A stretch of DNA of 64,000 nucleotides from an uncultured archaeon (GCA_964512235.1 CAZEGD010000003.1:101-64100), one strand, 5' to 3'; positions 53,091-61,648 are shown, numbered from the stretch's first letter. Translations and numbers: made by a program. The notes: a model not told the origin generated them from the letters alone.

Positions 53091-53117
53091 TTGCTCAGTT
53101 TTACTGAGCATGCTCAG
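53091..53117. promoter_or_regulatory. Three-arm palindromic element, copy 1 (TGCTCAG-N5-CTGAGCA-TGCTCAG)
   Basis: ttgctcag tttta ctgagca tgctcag. The same architecture recurs at 58928-58953. Confidence 0.6.
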
Positions 53118-53184
53118 CAAACTTTTAAATAGTTTTACATCACTTTAGTGAGTTATAGAAAGAAGTCCAAATCAGGGTGGTAAA

Positions 53185-53262
53185 ATGCTCGGCGATTGGG
53201 ACGAAGAAGACGAAGATCCAAATTGGAACGAACCTGAAGAAGAAATGGATGACTGGTTCTAG
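53185..53262 (+). CDS. Possible 25-aa acidic Trp-rich micro-protein
   Basis: MLGDWDEEDEDPNWNEPEEEMDDWF. GGGTGGT lies 5 nt upstream of the ATG. Below the ORF-track cutoff. Confidence 0.3.
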   Translation: MLGDWDEEDEDPNWNEPEEEMDDWF

Positions 53263-53310
53263 CATTTGAATATTTTTTTCTTTTTATTTTTCCCTTACGT
53301 ACTTTAATTT

Positions 53311-53901
53311 ATGCAGTTAAACTACCATGATGGAAAAGTCATTGTCAAGCTTGCCCGTCAGACAGTTGAGAAATTTCTTGAAAAGGGAAAGTTTGAGCTA
53401 GTGAAAGCTGAAAGGAAATCATTGCAAGGGAAATCACGCGCATTCGTGACTATAAACACGCATCCCGAACGCTTGCTCAGGGGGTGCATAGGTTTCACTT
53501 CACCGTTTCCACTATATGAAGTTGTGCAGCGCGCGGCACATGCAGCAGCGTTTGAGGATCCGAGATTCCCACCTATTACAAAAGAAGAGTTGGAAAGAGT
53601 TGTATTTGAAGTCTCCGTGTTGACAGATCCAGAAGAGTTGAAGTGTGAACCACGTGAATATGCGAATAACATAGAGATTGGAAAAGACGGTTTAATTGTT
53701 CAATATGAATCGCATAGTGGTCTGTTGCTGCCGCAGGTTGCAGGCGAGCAGAACTGGACGGCAGAAGAGTTCTTGGGACAAGTCTGCTTCAAAGCAGGTC
53801 TAACTCCGGATTACATACATGATAAATCTACAAAATTATGGAAGTTCCAAGCCCAGATTTTTACTGAAAAAGAACCGCATGGTGAAGTCGAGGAGATTTG
53901 A
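53311..53901 (+). CDS. AMMECR1 domain protein
   Basis: RAFVTINTHPERLLRGCIGF and FEDPRFPPIT are AMMECR1 signatures. Confidence 0.85.
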   Translation: MQLNYHDGKVIVKLARQTVEKFLEKGKFELVKAERKSLQGKSRAFVTINTHPERLLRGCIGFTSPFPLYEVVQRAAHAAAFEDPRFPPITKEELERVVFEVSVLTDPEELKCEPREYANNIEIGKDGLIVQYESHSGLLLPQVAGEQNWTAEEFLGQVCFKAGLTPDYIHDKSTKLWKFQAQIFTEKEPHGEVEEI

Positions 53902-53910
53902 AATCACTCA

Positions 53911-54462
53911 TCAATCATATATCTTGCGTTTTATTATTTTAAAATCTGTAGCAAAGTCACTACCGCCTATATGAAGTACTGGATTTATTGCTCGTAGGTC
54001 AACTTTTCCATCCTTTATTACACTACCCTTCACTTCCGCTTCCAGAATTTCTCCAAAAACAGCAATATGATCACCTATTTTTTTACTTTCTGTAACTCTA
54101 CACTCAAGCCATGCCGAAGCTTCGCGTATCCGCGGTGGCGAAACAAGTTTTGAGCTATACCAATCCAGATCGGCTTGCTGGATTTTATTCACACCCTCTT
54201 GGTATTTGGCTGCACATCGCAAGAGCTGGTCTATATAACGTTTGCCTAGGATATTCACTACGAATTCACCGCTGTTTATTATATTCTTGTATGTATGCCT
54301 CACTGGAGCTAGAGAGATCATTAATACTGGTGGTGATTTTGAAACAGGAGAAATGAAGCTGACAACGCATGCATTTGGCGTGTCTGTGGAATTCAGAGTC
54401 GTTATAGCTACAGCCAGTCTAGGCGAGATTAGTTTATAAGACTTTTTCAGGTCTAACCTCAT
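53911..54462 (-). CDS. Flavin reductase-like (FMN-binding split-barrel) protein
   Basis: PRLAVAITTLNSTDTPNACVVSFISPVSKSPPVLMISL...GEFVVNIL. Start placed at ATG 54462 (track: TTG 54483). Confidence 0.75.
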   Translation of the reverse strand: MRLDLKKSYKLISPRLAVAITTLNSTDTPNACVVSFISPVSKSPPVLMISLAPVRHTYKNIINSGEFVVNILGKRYIDQLLRCAAKYQEGVNKIQQADLDWYSSKLVSPPRIREASAWLECRVTESKKIGDHIAVFGEILEAEVKGSVIKDGKVDLRAINPVLHIGGSDFATDFKIIKRKIYD

Positions 54463-54577
54463 AATTACATTTACGCTATACAAGAGTTAATATTGTTACC
54501 ACTCTCCAAAAGTATACAAAGAGCTCACCACAACCTTTTTAACCCACCAATTAAATTTCAATTAGGTGAAATCAGTA

Positions 54578-54856
54578 ATGTGGTTTGCAAACGGTCTAAT
54601 CGACCTAGGAATAGCATTACTTGCTGTAGTGGCTTTAGCCGAGATAGCAAAAGTCAGAAAGAAATCCCCACGTGGCTATAGTTGGTTGGCTGCTGCGGGA
54701 GTATTCTCCATATTCGCTGGTGGAATGGGTGTACTACCAGCAACTGTCCCATACGTCGGGGATTTGTTCTTGGCAGAAATATTCTCGCTAATCGGCTGGC
54801 TATTCGCGATAATAGGAACGCTATTCATAGGATATGAAACACTATTGGAAAAATAA
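54578..54856 (+). CDS. Small 3-TM membrane protein
   Basis: AGGTGA lies 8 nt before ATG 54578. The protein is hydrophobic. Confidence 0.5.
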   Translation: MWFANGLIDLGIALLAVVALAEIAKVRKKSPRGYSWLAAAGVFSIFAGGMGVLPATVPYVGDLFLAEIFSLIGWLFAIIGTLFIGYETLLEK

Positions 54857-54942
54857 ATTTGAGAATTTTTTATTTTTCAATTTTCCAATAAATTCTGTAT
54901 GATTGTAGGGTTTTCTATATAGATTTTCTTATAAAGAATTAA

Positions 54943-55061
54943 TGCAGGGGCTGGGATTTGAACCCAGGAAAGCACTAAGCTAACAGGTTTCTTATCATCT
55001 TGTATCAACGCTCAAGAAGCTCTTGAGCCTGTCCCCTTTGACCAGACTTGGGTACCCCTGC
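54943..55061 (-). tRNA. tRNA-Leu (CAA) with an intron of about 33 nt (about 54989-55021)
   Basis: GCAGGGG / D-arm / ACAGG-CUCAAG[intron]A-CCUGU / long variable arm / CUGGG-UUCAAAU-CCCAG / CCCCUGC-A. Confidence 0.85.
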
Positions 55062-55110
55062 ACTCTAAACTAATGATTAATTAGTATTTAAAAATTAAGA
55101 AAACACCTGT

Positions 55111-55593
55111 CTAAGCCAAAGTTTCTATCTGTGATTTCAACTGGTTTATTTGGCTTCTGAGATCTTCCAGTGTCACTCCCAAGTTTTCAACATCCTGCAA
55201 CTGTGGCACTTCCTCTACAAATCCCGACGGTCGCATAAAGCTAGAATCTAGCGTCAGCATCCTCTGATCGACTGTGTTCACGGCATCCTCTACCATTCTG
55301 AGATTTTCATCCCTTAACTTGTCGAGCTCCTTTAGAATAGAAATGCTACTCTTTACGGCATTTATCGTAGTCTTCATATAGTTCATCGTATGCAGTATCT
55401 GTCTGTATTTGTTTATCCTGACAAACAAAGGTGCAAACTCCGGTTTTTGTTTTTTCTCTGCTTTAGGTGGAGTAGGCATTGCCTCTGCTTTTGGCATTCT
55501 TTTTTCCAATAACTTTTCTTCCTTATCAAGTTCTTTCATGACATCCTTGGCTTCCTTTACGCCTTTCTTTTTCTTTAATCCGAAAAGAGCCAT
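55111..55593 (-). CDS. Coiled-coil protein (hypothetical)
   Basis: 160 aa with a K/E-rich N-terminus, PLFVRINKYRQIL and a C-terminal heptad region. Confidence 0.55.
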   Translation of the reverse strand: MALFGLKKKKGVKEAKDVMKELDKEEKLLEKRMPKAEAMPTPPKAEKKQKPEFAPLFVRINKYRQILHTMNYMKTTINAVKSSISILKELDKLRDENLRMVEDAVNTVDQRMLTLDSSFMRPSGFVEEVPQLQDVENLGVTLEDLRSQINQLKSQIETLA

Positions 55594-55666
55594 AACATCT
55601 ACTATTTATTTTCTGTTTATGCAAAATATAAGTATTTGTTCTTAATAAAAGAGGAAATTTAAAAAA

Positions 55667-55741
55667 TGCGGTGACCGGGATTTGAACCCGGGTTCTAAGC
55701 TTGGCAAGCTTATGTCTTAGACCAGGCTGGACCATCACCGC
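55667..55741 (-). tRNA. tRNA-Gly (GCC)
   Basis: GCGGUGA...UAAGC-UUGCCAA-GCUUA-GAAC-CCGGG-UUCAAAU-CCCGG-UCACCGC-A. Confidence 0.9.
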
Positions 55742-55747
55742 ATACAC

Positions 55748-56065
55748 TCAGCCTAAAAATGAGCCGAAACCTTCAATCGCTTTATCTTCTTCTTCCTTTA
55801 TCTTTTTTATTATTTCTTCCGCTTTGCTACTCTCCACTTCCTCAGCAAACTCTGTAACATTACCCTCTTCATCCTCTATTTTGACAATTTCTAAAGCCCG
55901 TTGACATCGCTCATCAGTACCACTGATATAGCATACATAGCCATCTACGTCAAACCCTTTGCCTTCTTTGAATGTCATGCTCGCGCGGTTGACTATTTCA
56001 TCCTTGAGCAGCAAATCTTTTACTTTGCTTAGGTTCTCTGACTTTATCTTTAGCACTACTTCCAT
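55748..56065 (-). CDS. Small acidic protein with a ribosomal P-stalk-like C-terminal tail (hypothetical)
   Basis: The track ORF runs into tRNA-Thr, so I trimmed it to MEVVLKIK at 56065, which is preceded by GGGGGTG. The C-terminus is KKIKEEEDKAIEGFGSFLG. Confidence 0.6.
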   Translation of the reverse strand: MEVVLKIKSENLSKVKDLLLKDEIVNRASMTFKEGKGFDVDGYVCYISGTDERCQRALEIVKIEDEEGNVTEFAEEVESSKAEEIIKKIKEEEDKAIEGFGSFLG

Positions 56066-56086
56066 CTTTTCACCCCCGGTTCTCAG

Positions 56087-56173
56087 AGCCCTAGGCGAGG
56101 ATTGAACTCGCGACCTCCTGTTTACGAGATTCACCAAAGCATTCAGGTGCTCTACCAACTGAGCTACTAGGGC
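56087..56173 (-). tRNA. tRNA-Thr (CGU) with a 14-nt intron at a non-canonical position (after nt 30; 56130-56143)
   Basis: GCCCUAG-UA-GCUC-AGUUGGUA-GAGC-A-CCUG[AAUGCUUUGGUGAA]U-CUCGUAA-ACAGG-AGGUC-GCGAG-UUCAAUC-CUCGC-CUAGGGC-U. Only this excision restores a 5-bp anticodon stem and a U33-containing loop. Confidence 0.7.
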
Positions 56174-56298
56174 ACATTTAACTCATTTTCACTTCTATAA
56201 TTTAAAGTTTTTGCAACTCCTGCAGCTAATCTATATTACTATGCACAACCAATATAATACTTACGCGTTTCGTTTTTGAGCGATGGTTGGCTGTCATT

Positions 56299-57354
56299 AT
56301 GGCGAAGAGAAAGCGTAAAAACACTACTAAAAAGCTTCACGAGGCTATGCTCTGGCAGAAGGAGCGCAATGGCGTGCGTTGTTTCCTATGTGCCCGAAGA
56401 TGCTTTATACCCAAGGGTAAACGAGGATTCTGCCTAGTCCGTATGAACAAAGACAATGTTCTGTACACGTTAAACTATGGTAAACTGATAGCCGTGAATG
56501 TTGACCCTGTTGAAAAGAAGCCATTATTCCACTTTTATCCAGGATCTAAAACTTTGAGCATAGCCGCAAAAGGATGCAACTTCCGGTGCCAGTTTTGTGA
56601 CAATTGGCAGATAAGCCAGACTGTCGAAGCTGAAGTAGAAGATATAGAAGGGGATCCATACACACCAGAAGATATTGTAAAACTTGCTGAGAAGTATGAA
56701 TGTAAGATGATAAGCTATACTTATACTGAGCCAACAATATTCTTTGAATTTGCATACAAAACCGCGAAGTTAGCCCATCGTAACAACATACTAAATACTT
56801 TTGTAACGAATGGCTATATGACAGACGATGCGATAAAGAAGATATCTAAGTATTTGGACGCTGCCACTGTTAACATCAAAGCTTCAGCTGATCCGGAATT
56901 CTACAAGAAGTTTATGTCAGTCCCCAACGTCGAACCAATATTCGATTCGATGAAACGACTGAAAAAACAGAGGATATTCATGGAAATAACAAATCTTATA
57001 ATTCCGCAGATAGGTGATAGTGTAGAACGTTGTAGGCAGTTGGCCGAGAGGATAAATGCAAACTTGGGAACTGATATTCCTTTTCATATCTTACAGTTCT
57101 TTCCAAACTACCAACTAAAAGAGCTTCCCAGTACATCAATAGATGCTCTTGAGAGGTGTGCACGAGAGGCTAGGCAATCTGGGCTGCGCTACGTATATAT
57201 AGGAAATGTTCCTGGTCATCCAGAAGCAAATACCTACTGTTATAACTGCAGGAGTTTGTTAATAGAGCGTGACGGCATGCAAATACGATCTATAAACCTA
57301 GTCAACGATAGATGTTCACAGTGCGGCCAAAAAATAAACATCGTACAGGAATAA
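56299..57354 (+). CDS. AmmeMemoRadiSam-system radical SAM enzyme (PFL-activase-like)
   Basis: VRCFLCARRCFIPKGKRGFC, DPVEKKPLFHFYPGS and CNFRCQFCDNWQISQ. Confidence 0.85.
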   Translation: MAKRKRKNTTKKLHEAMLWQKERNGVRCFLCARRCFIPKGKRGFCLVRMNKDNVLYTLNYGKLIAVNVDPVEKKPLFHFYPGSKTLSIAAKGCNFRCQFCDNWQISQTVEAEVEDIEGDPYTPEDIVKLAEKYECKMISYTYTEPTIFFEFAYKTAKLAHRNNILNTFVTNGYMTDDAIKKISKYLDAATVNIKASADPEFYKKFMSVPNVEPIFDSMKRLKKQRIFMEITNLIIPQIGDSVERCRQLAERINANLGTDIPFHILQFFPNYQLKELPSTSIDALERCAREARQSGLRYVYIGNVPGHPEANTYCYNCRSLLIERDGMQIRSINLVNDRCSQCGQKINIVQE

Positions 57355-57425
57355 ATATCATTCTGAATGAAAAGAAATAAATCAATCCCAATCCTTTATA
57401 ATTTTAGCTATTAAACATATTTTAT

Positions 57426-58442
57426 ATGCTTTATTGGCGAACAATAATACAAACAATTTTGTTGGGTGATAGGTTGAAACAATCTGAAACAGTTTCATTA
57501 TATAGAAGAATTGTTTCACAGAAAGCTGTAACTGTTTCACTCATTGTGTCGTTTCTTTTATCGGTTCTCCTCATCAACTCTACAGTACTTGCCCAAATAC
57601 AGTATTATGAGATAAATACAGAATTATCAGAGAGTGGTGTAAGTACAGTAAGGATGGTCATAACGTTTGCCGAGCCGGAGACGGAGTTTTCATTCAATAT
57701 AATAGGAAGAGTGGAAAATTTTACTGCAGAGAGCATAGCTGGCCCAGTCGATTGTGAAGTGGACGTTACTGGAATAAGTTCAATAGATTGTAAACTCAAT
57801 TTGACAAAGGAGAAAAGGGAAGTGAAAATATGTTTCTTAACACCAGATTTTGTCAGAATATTGGAGGATAAAATTTTCTTTTCAGGTGATTTCACTTTGA
57901 ACAAGAATATAAATAGTATATCTGCATCGCTAAAGCTCCCCATAAACGCATTCTTAGTCGGTGAGAATGTTACTGCAAGTATGCTTTCATTTCCAGATAG
58001 TGTTTCTGTATTTATTGCAGAAGATGGAAGAGTACTTGTCAACTGGCGCCTAGTAAATATAGAGAAGGATCAATCATTGAGATTTGAAGCTTTATATCAA
58101 CATATACAAGAACCATTTTGGTTTGGACTTAGAATCAGGCACTTCATCTTTCTTGGCGTGGCATTTGCAGTTGTTTTTGGATTCATAGTTTTCAGATATT
58201 TTAGAAAATCCGAGAAATTAGTGCTTTCCGTCCTTGACGAGTATGAACGCCAAATAGTAAACATACTGCTCACCGAAGATAGGATAAAACAGAAGAAAAT
58301 AGTAGATATGACAAGATTGTCAAAAGCAAAAGTCAGTAGAGTTATCAAAAGTTTAGCCGAGCGCGGTCTAGTAGAAGTGGAACGTAGAGGCAGGACAAAC
58401 TTACTAAAATTGAAGAAGAAAAAATTGAGTGGTGAATTCTGA
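57426..58442 (+). CDS. Membrane-tethered winged-helix (MarR/ArsR-like) protein with an extracytoplasmic N-terminal domain
   Basis: Signal/anchor segment ending STVLAQ, an ectodomain of about 190 aa, the TM segment FIFLGVAFAVVFGFIVF, then a cytoplasmic YERQIVNILL...IVDMTRLSKAKVSRVIKSLAERGLVEVERRGRTN. Confidence 0.65.
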   Translation: MLYWRTIIQTILLGDRLKQSETVSLYRRIVSQKAVTVSLIVSFLLSVLLINSTVLAQIQYYEINTELSESGVSTVRMVITFAEPETEFSFNIIGRVENFTAESIAGPVDCEVDVTGISSIDCKLNLTKEKREVKICFLTPDFVRILEDKIFFSGDFTLNKNINSISASLKLPINAFLVGENVTASMLSFPDSVSVFIAEDGRVLVNWRLVNIEKDQSLRFEALYQHIQEPFWFGLRIRHFIFLGVAFAVVFGFIVFRYFRKSEKLVLSVLDEYERQIVNILLTEDRIKQKKIVDMTRLSKAKVSRVIKSLAERGLVEVERRGRTNLLKLKKKKLSGEF

Positions 58443-58448
58443 GTTTAA

Positions 58449-58814
58449 TTAACTTCTCATCAGGAGAAAGACACCACCGACTATTATTAACATGGCTATC
58501 CATCTCGTAGCAGATACGCTTTCGTTAAAAAAGAATATTGCAAGAAATGCCGTCAGCACGTACGCAAGGGATATGAATGGATAGACAAAACTTACATCTC
58601 CCATGGACAGGACAACTAGCCAAAAGACAGTTGAAATCACATAAAGCGATAGTCCTAAAAACACATTAGGATTGAAAAATGTTGTAAAGAACTTTGTCGA
58701 TAATATTTCGTTGAATTTAAGTCCACCAACTTCATTCAACCCTTTCTTAATATATACCTGGCCAAAACTTCCCAGTGTTACGCAGACCAAAACCAATGCA
58801 AGAAAAGTGAACAT
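58449..58814 (-). CDS. Small EamA/ArnE-like 4-TM transporter-family protein
   Basis: GGAGGT lies 6 nt before ATG 58814. FLALVLVCVTLGSFGQVYIKKGL... and a 4-TM layout. Confidence 0.6.
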   Translation of the reverse strand: MFTFLALVLVCVTLGSFGQVYIKKGLNEVGGLKFNEILSTKFFTTFFNPNVFLGLSLYVISTVFWLVVLSMGDVSFVYPFISLAYVLTAFLAIFFFNESVSATRWIAMLIIVGGVFLLMRS

Positions 58815-58927
58815 CTTTTTACCTCCAAACTTTTTTAATTTTATAACACTGAACTTATCAAATAATCTTTTTTTAACCATTTAAATCAATAAGATTAATT
58901 GAGAACGTAAATTAATAAATTTTTAAG

Positions 58928-58953
58928 TGCTCACTTTCTGAGCAATTGCTCAG
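58928..58953. promoter_or_regulatory. Three-arm palindromic element, copy 2 (TGCTCAC-N3-CTGAGCA-AT-TGCTCAG)
   Basis: gtgctcac ttt ctgagca at tgctcag. CTGAGCAATTGCTCAG is a perfect 16-nt palindrome. Confidence 0.6.
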
Positions 58954-59300
58954 TCAAAAAATGACAGAAATCATGCAAAAACAGTATTTCTTATTTCTTC
59001 CAATATTTGAGCATAACGGGATTAAAATAGACCTTATTCCAGCAAGATAGAGTCTATATCCCTTTTAGGAACAATTATAAAGTTTATAACTATACATTTG
59101 ACTAATTTTAAGACTTTGATTAGATAGCTCTAAACAGCTGTAAATTGTTTCATTCAATGTATAAGTATCATGTAAAACGAATTTTTTTCTAGAAAACCCA
59201 AGCACTACAGAGTATAGAGTGCATTATCTATTGCATGTACAACAATAGATATTGTAGTCTGGCTTTGTGGTGAGTTAAAAAGGATAAAAGGAAATAAAAA

Positions 59301-61601
59301 ATGAAAAAGCTAATCGCAGGATTTATAACTGCGCTAATGGCTCTACTAACTGTAGCGGCTCCGACATTGGCGGCTTCAGCACTGGGAGACTATCCTGGTT
59401 TGCTTGCAGCAACCGATGGAACATTGGACGCTTACGTGGTAGTTGGTACAGGCGGTACCGATCCAGCTGGTCTGGCTTCAGATATCGCAGGTGCTATTAA
59501 CATAGCCGTTAGATTAGCTGAAGTTGGAAAGACGTCAACAAGTGTATCGTGTGAAGGCGTAAGTGGCGCCGTAACAGGAACAGAAAAAGACACATGTCTA
59601 TTAACAACGCCTCTTTCACAAACAGGATGTTTGCCGGCAAGTGGTGTGTTAAAGAATGCACATTACTCAGGTCTGGCAGATACTACCTATGCATGGCGTA
59701 CAGACGACTATGACTTTCGTGAGCAGGTAAATGTGGCTGGTGTAGCACTGAGCCATGATTTGGCTGTCAGTAACGTTAATGGTACTGAAACGATGGTTGT
59801 AGAGACTGGCGACATAATATATCAATGGGTGGTCGAAGAGACACTCAAGGGTACAGGTAGCATAGCCGATCCTAACTATACATATCCAGTAAATATTGAG
59901 ATGCTTGGTGAAGCGTTCTCGATAGTCGGTACTGGAAGTACTAGTGTAAAGATGCTTACAGGATCTATTGGAACAGCGACAGCAACATCAGGCATAACAT
60001 ATGGTGATTACACCGCGTATTCAGATCTAGGTAGCGATGCTGCTTGGGCGAGAGTACAGATTAAGGATGCTGCCGATAACACAGTCGACACTCTGATAAT
60101 CAACGATGGAGAGAGTAAAAGCTCGACTGCAACAGGTTTGACTGTGCAAGTCACACAAACCAGGGCTTTGACAGATGGAACCATTGTGGGTGCAGATTTG
60201 GTTGTTGGTCCATCCACACAAGGTGTAGTCAAGACATACGATGTTACAGCCGATGTAACTTCAACAGGTACATCAAGCGACAGATTCCCAGGAGAGACTA
60301 ACTGGGGAGTTCAGGTTGAATCAGGAGACTTCGGAACCGATGGTCAACTAGTCGCAACTGACATAATTGAGGTAATCTACAAACCTAGCTCTACACAGTA
60401 CATAAAAGCTGGTGGAAAGGTTACCCTACCAAACGATTACGCAGACCTAGGATTCGAAGGTTTCAACACTAACAAGTTCGCAACAATAACCATTCAGCCA
60501 TTGAGTGGTACTGTATCTGCTTACAATTACAGTGCAGACACCCAAGCTTTCGGTAGCTTGAGTGGATTCGAGATAATCAGTGACGTTGGAGGCACAATAA
60601 TAAGTCAGGTAAACTCAAACGCATTTACCAAGGCTTATATATTGTACAACTACTCCACTCCAGACGAGTATCCAGTGATGATTGGTTTCTACGATTCCAG
60701 TAAACAGAAGATTATGGTAAACGGTAGTATCATAGAACCAGGTGTAGCAGCCGATACAACCGAATATGTTACCAAGAGGTTGAACGCAAGTAGTGGAGAT
60801 AATGTTACCTACGAATTCACACTATGTTACAGTAATTCATGTGAAGACAATCACTATCTGACTGTGGTCTTGAACGGATCAAATCTGATGTCGTTGATGC
60901 AACTAGGAAACTCATCAGCAAAGACAAGCGTCAATGTATCATACACAAACAAGACTGCTCCGGGAACATCAAATGCAGCAGAGTTCAAATTGGGTATTAC
61001 TGCAGCATCTGCTGAGACTACAGAAGTTGTAGCAACAACTGCAGGTACGGCAAGGAATGCAGGTAAACAATCTGGAGACGTGGTAGACGATACAGGAATA
61101 ATACTAGTGAGTACAGCGACATATGGAGGATCTGACAAAGTAGTGGTAAAAGTACCATTCAAGGCTCTGAGAACAAAGATTTACTTCGGTAAACTTGGTA
61201 CGGGAGTCACAGGAGATACAGTTTCATACGATAGCTATCCGTCAATTCCATTGACATCTGCTGTAGCTAAACTTGACAGCGAGGTCGGAACTACTGAGAA
61301 GGCGAAAAACCTCATCTCAATTGGTGGATCTTGTGTCAACAGCGTCACGGCAGACGCTCTTGGATTGACATATCCGACTTGCGGTGCAGCATCAACTATC
61401 CCAGAAGACAAAGGTCTCATTAAGGTAGTCGATGACATATTCACGACCGGAAAGGTTGTGGTAGTAGTCGCAGGTTGGGAGGCAGCTAACACAAGAACAG
61501 CAGCAAGCGTATTGCAACAGTACGATACACTATTGACTGGTCAGACTGCAGCATCAGTAGAAATAACTTCAGCTACAAGCGCAGGTATAACAGCGGTGTA
61601 A
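59301..61601 (+). CDS. Putative S-layer / major surface protein
   Basis: Sec signal peptide MKKLIAGFITALMALLTVAAPTLAAS. 766 aa, T/S/G/A/V-rich, with few Cys and many N-x-S/T sequons. About 400 nt of AT-rich upstream region and a strong downstream terminator. Confidence 0.65.
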   Translation: MKKLIAGFITALMALLTVAAPTLAASALGDYPGLLAATDGTLDAYVVVGTGGTDPAGLASDIAGAINIAVRLAEVGKTSTSVSCEGVSGAVTGTEKDTCLLTTPLSQTGCLPASGVLKNAHYSGLADTTYAWRTDDYDFREQVNVAGVALSHDLAVSNVNGTETMVVETGDIIYQWVVEETLKGTGSIADPNYTYPVNIEMLGEAFSIVGTGSTSVKMLTGSIGTATATSGITYGDYTAYSDLGSDAAWARVQIKDAADNTVDTLIINDGESKSSTATGLTVQVTQTRALTDGTIVGADLVVGPSTQGVVKTYDVTADVTSTGTSSDRFPGETNWGVQVESGDFGTDGQLVATDIIEVIYKPSSTQYIKAGGKVTLPNDYADLGFEGFNTNKFATITIQPLSGTVSAYNYSADTQAFGSLSGFEIISDVGGTIISQVNSNAFTKAYILYNYSTPDEYPVMIGFYDSSKQKIMVNGSIIEPGVAADTTEYVTKRLNASSGDNVTYEFTLCYSNSCEDNHYLTVVLNGSNLMSLMQLGNSSAKTSVNVSYTNKTAPGTSNAAEFKLGITAASAETTEVVATTAGTARNAGKQSGDVVDDTGIILVSTATYGGSDKVVVKVPFKALRTKIYFGKLGTGVTGDTVSYDSYPSIPLTSAVAKLDSEVGTTEKAKNLISIGGSCVNSVTADALGLTYPTCGAASTIPEDKGLIKVVDDIFTTGKVVVVVAGWEAANTRTAASVLQQYDTLLTGQTAASVEITSATSAGITAV

Positions 61602-61616
61602 ACTGCTGTTGAATCT

Positions 61617-61648
61617 GGGTCATATTTGACCCCCTTTTCTTTTCTTTT
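61617..61648 (+). terminator. Hairpin plus T-tract terminator after the S-layer-like gene
   Basis: GGGTCA-tatt-TGACCC followed by cctttt cttttctttt. Confidence 0.6.
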
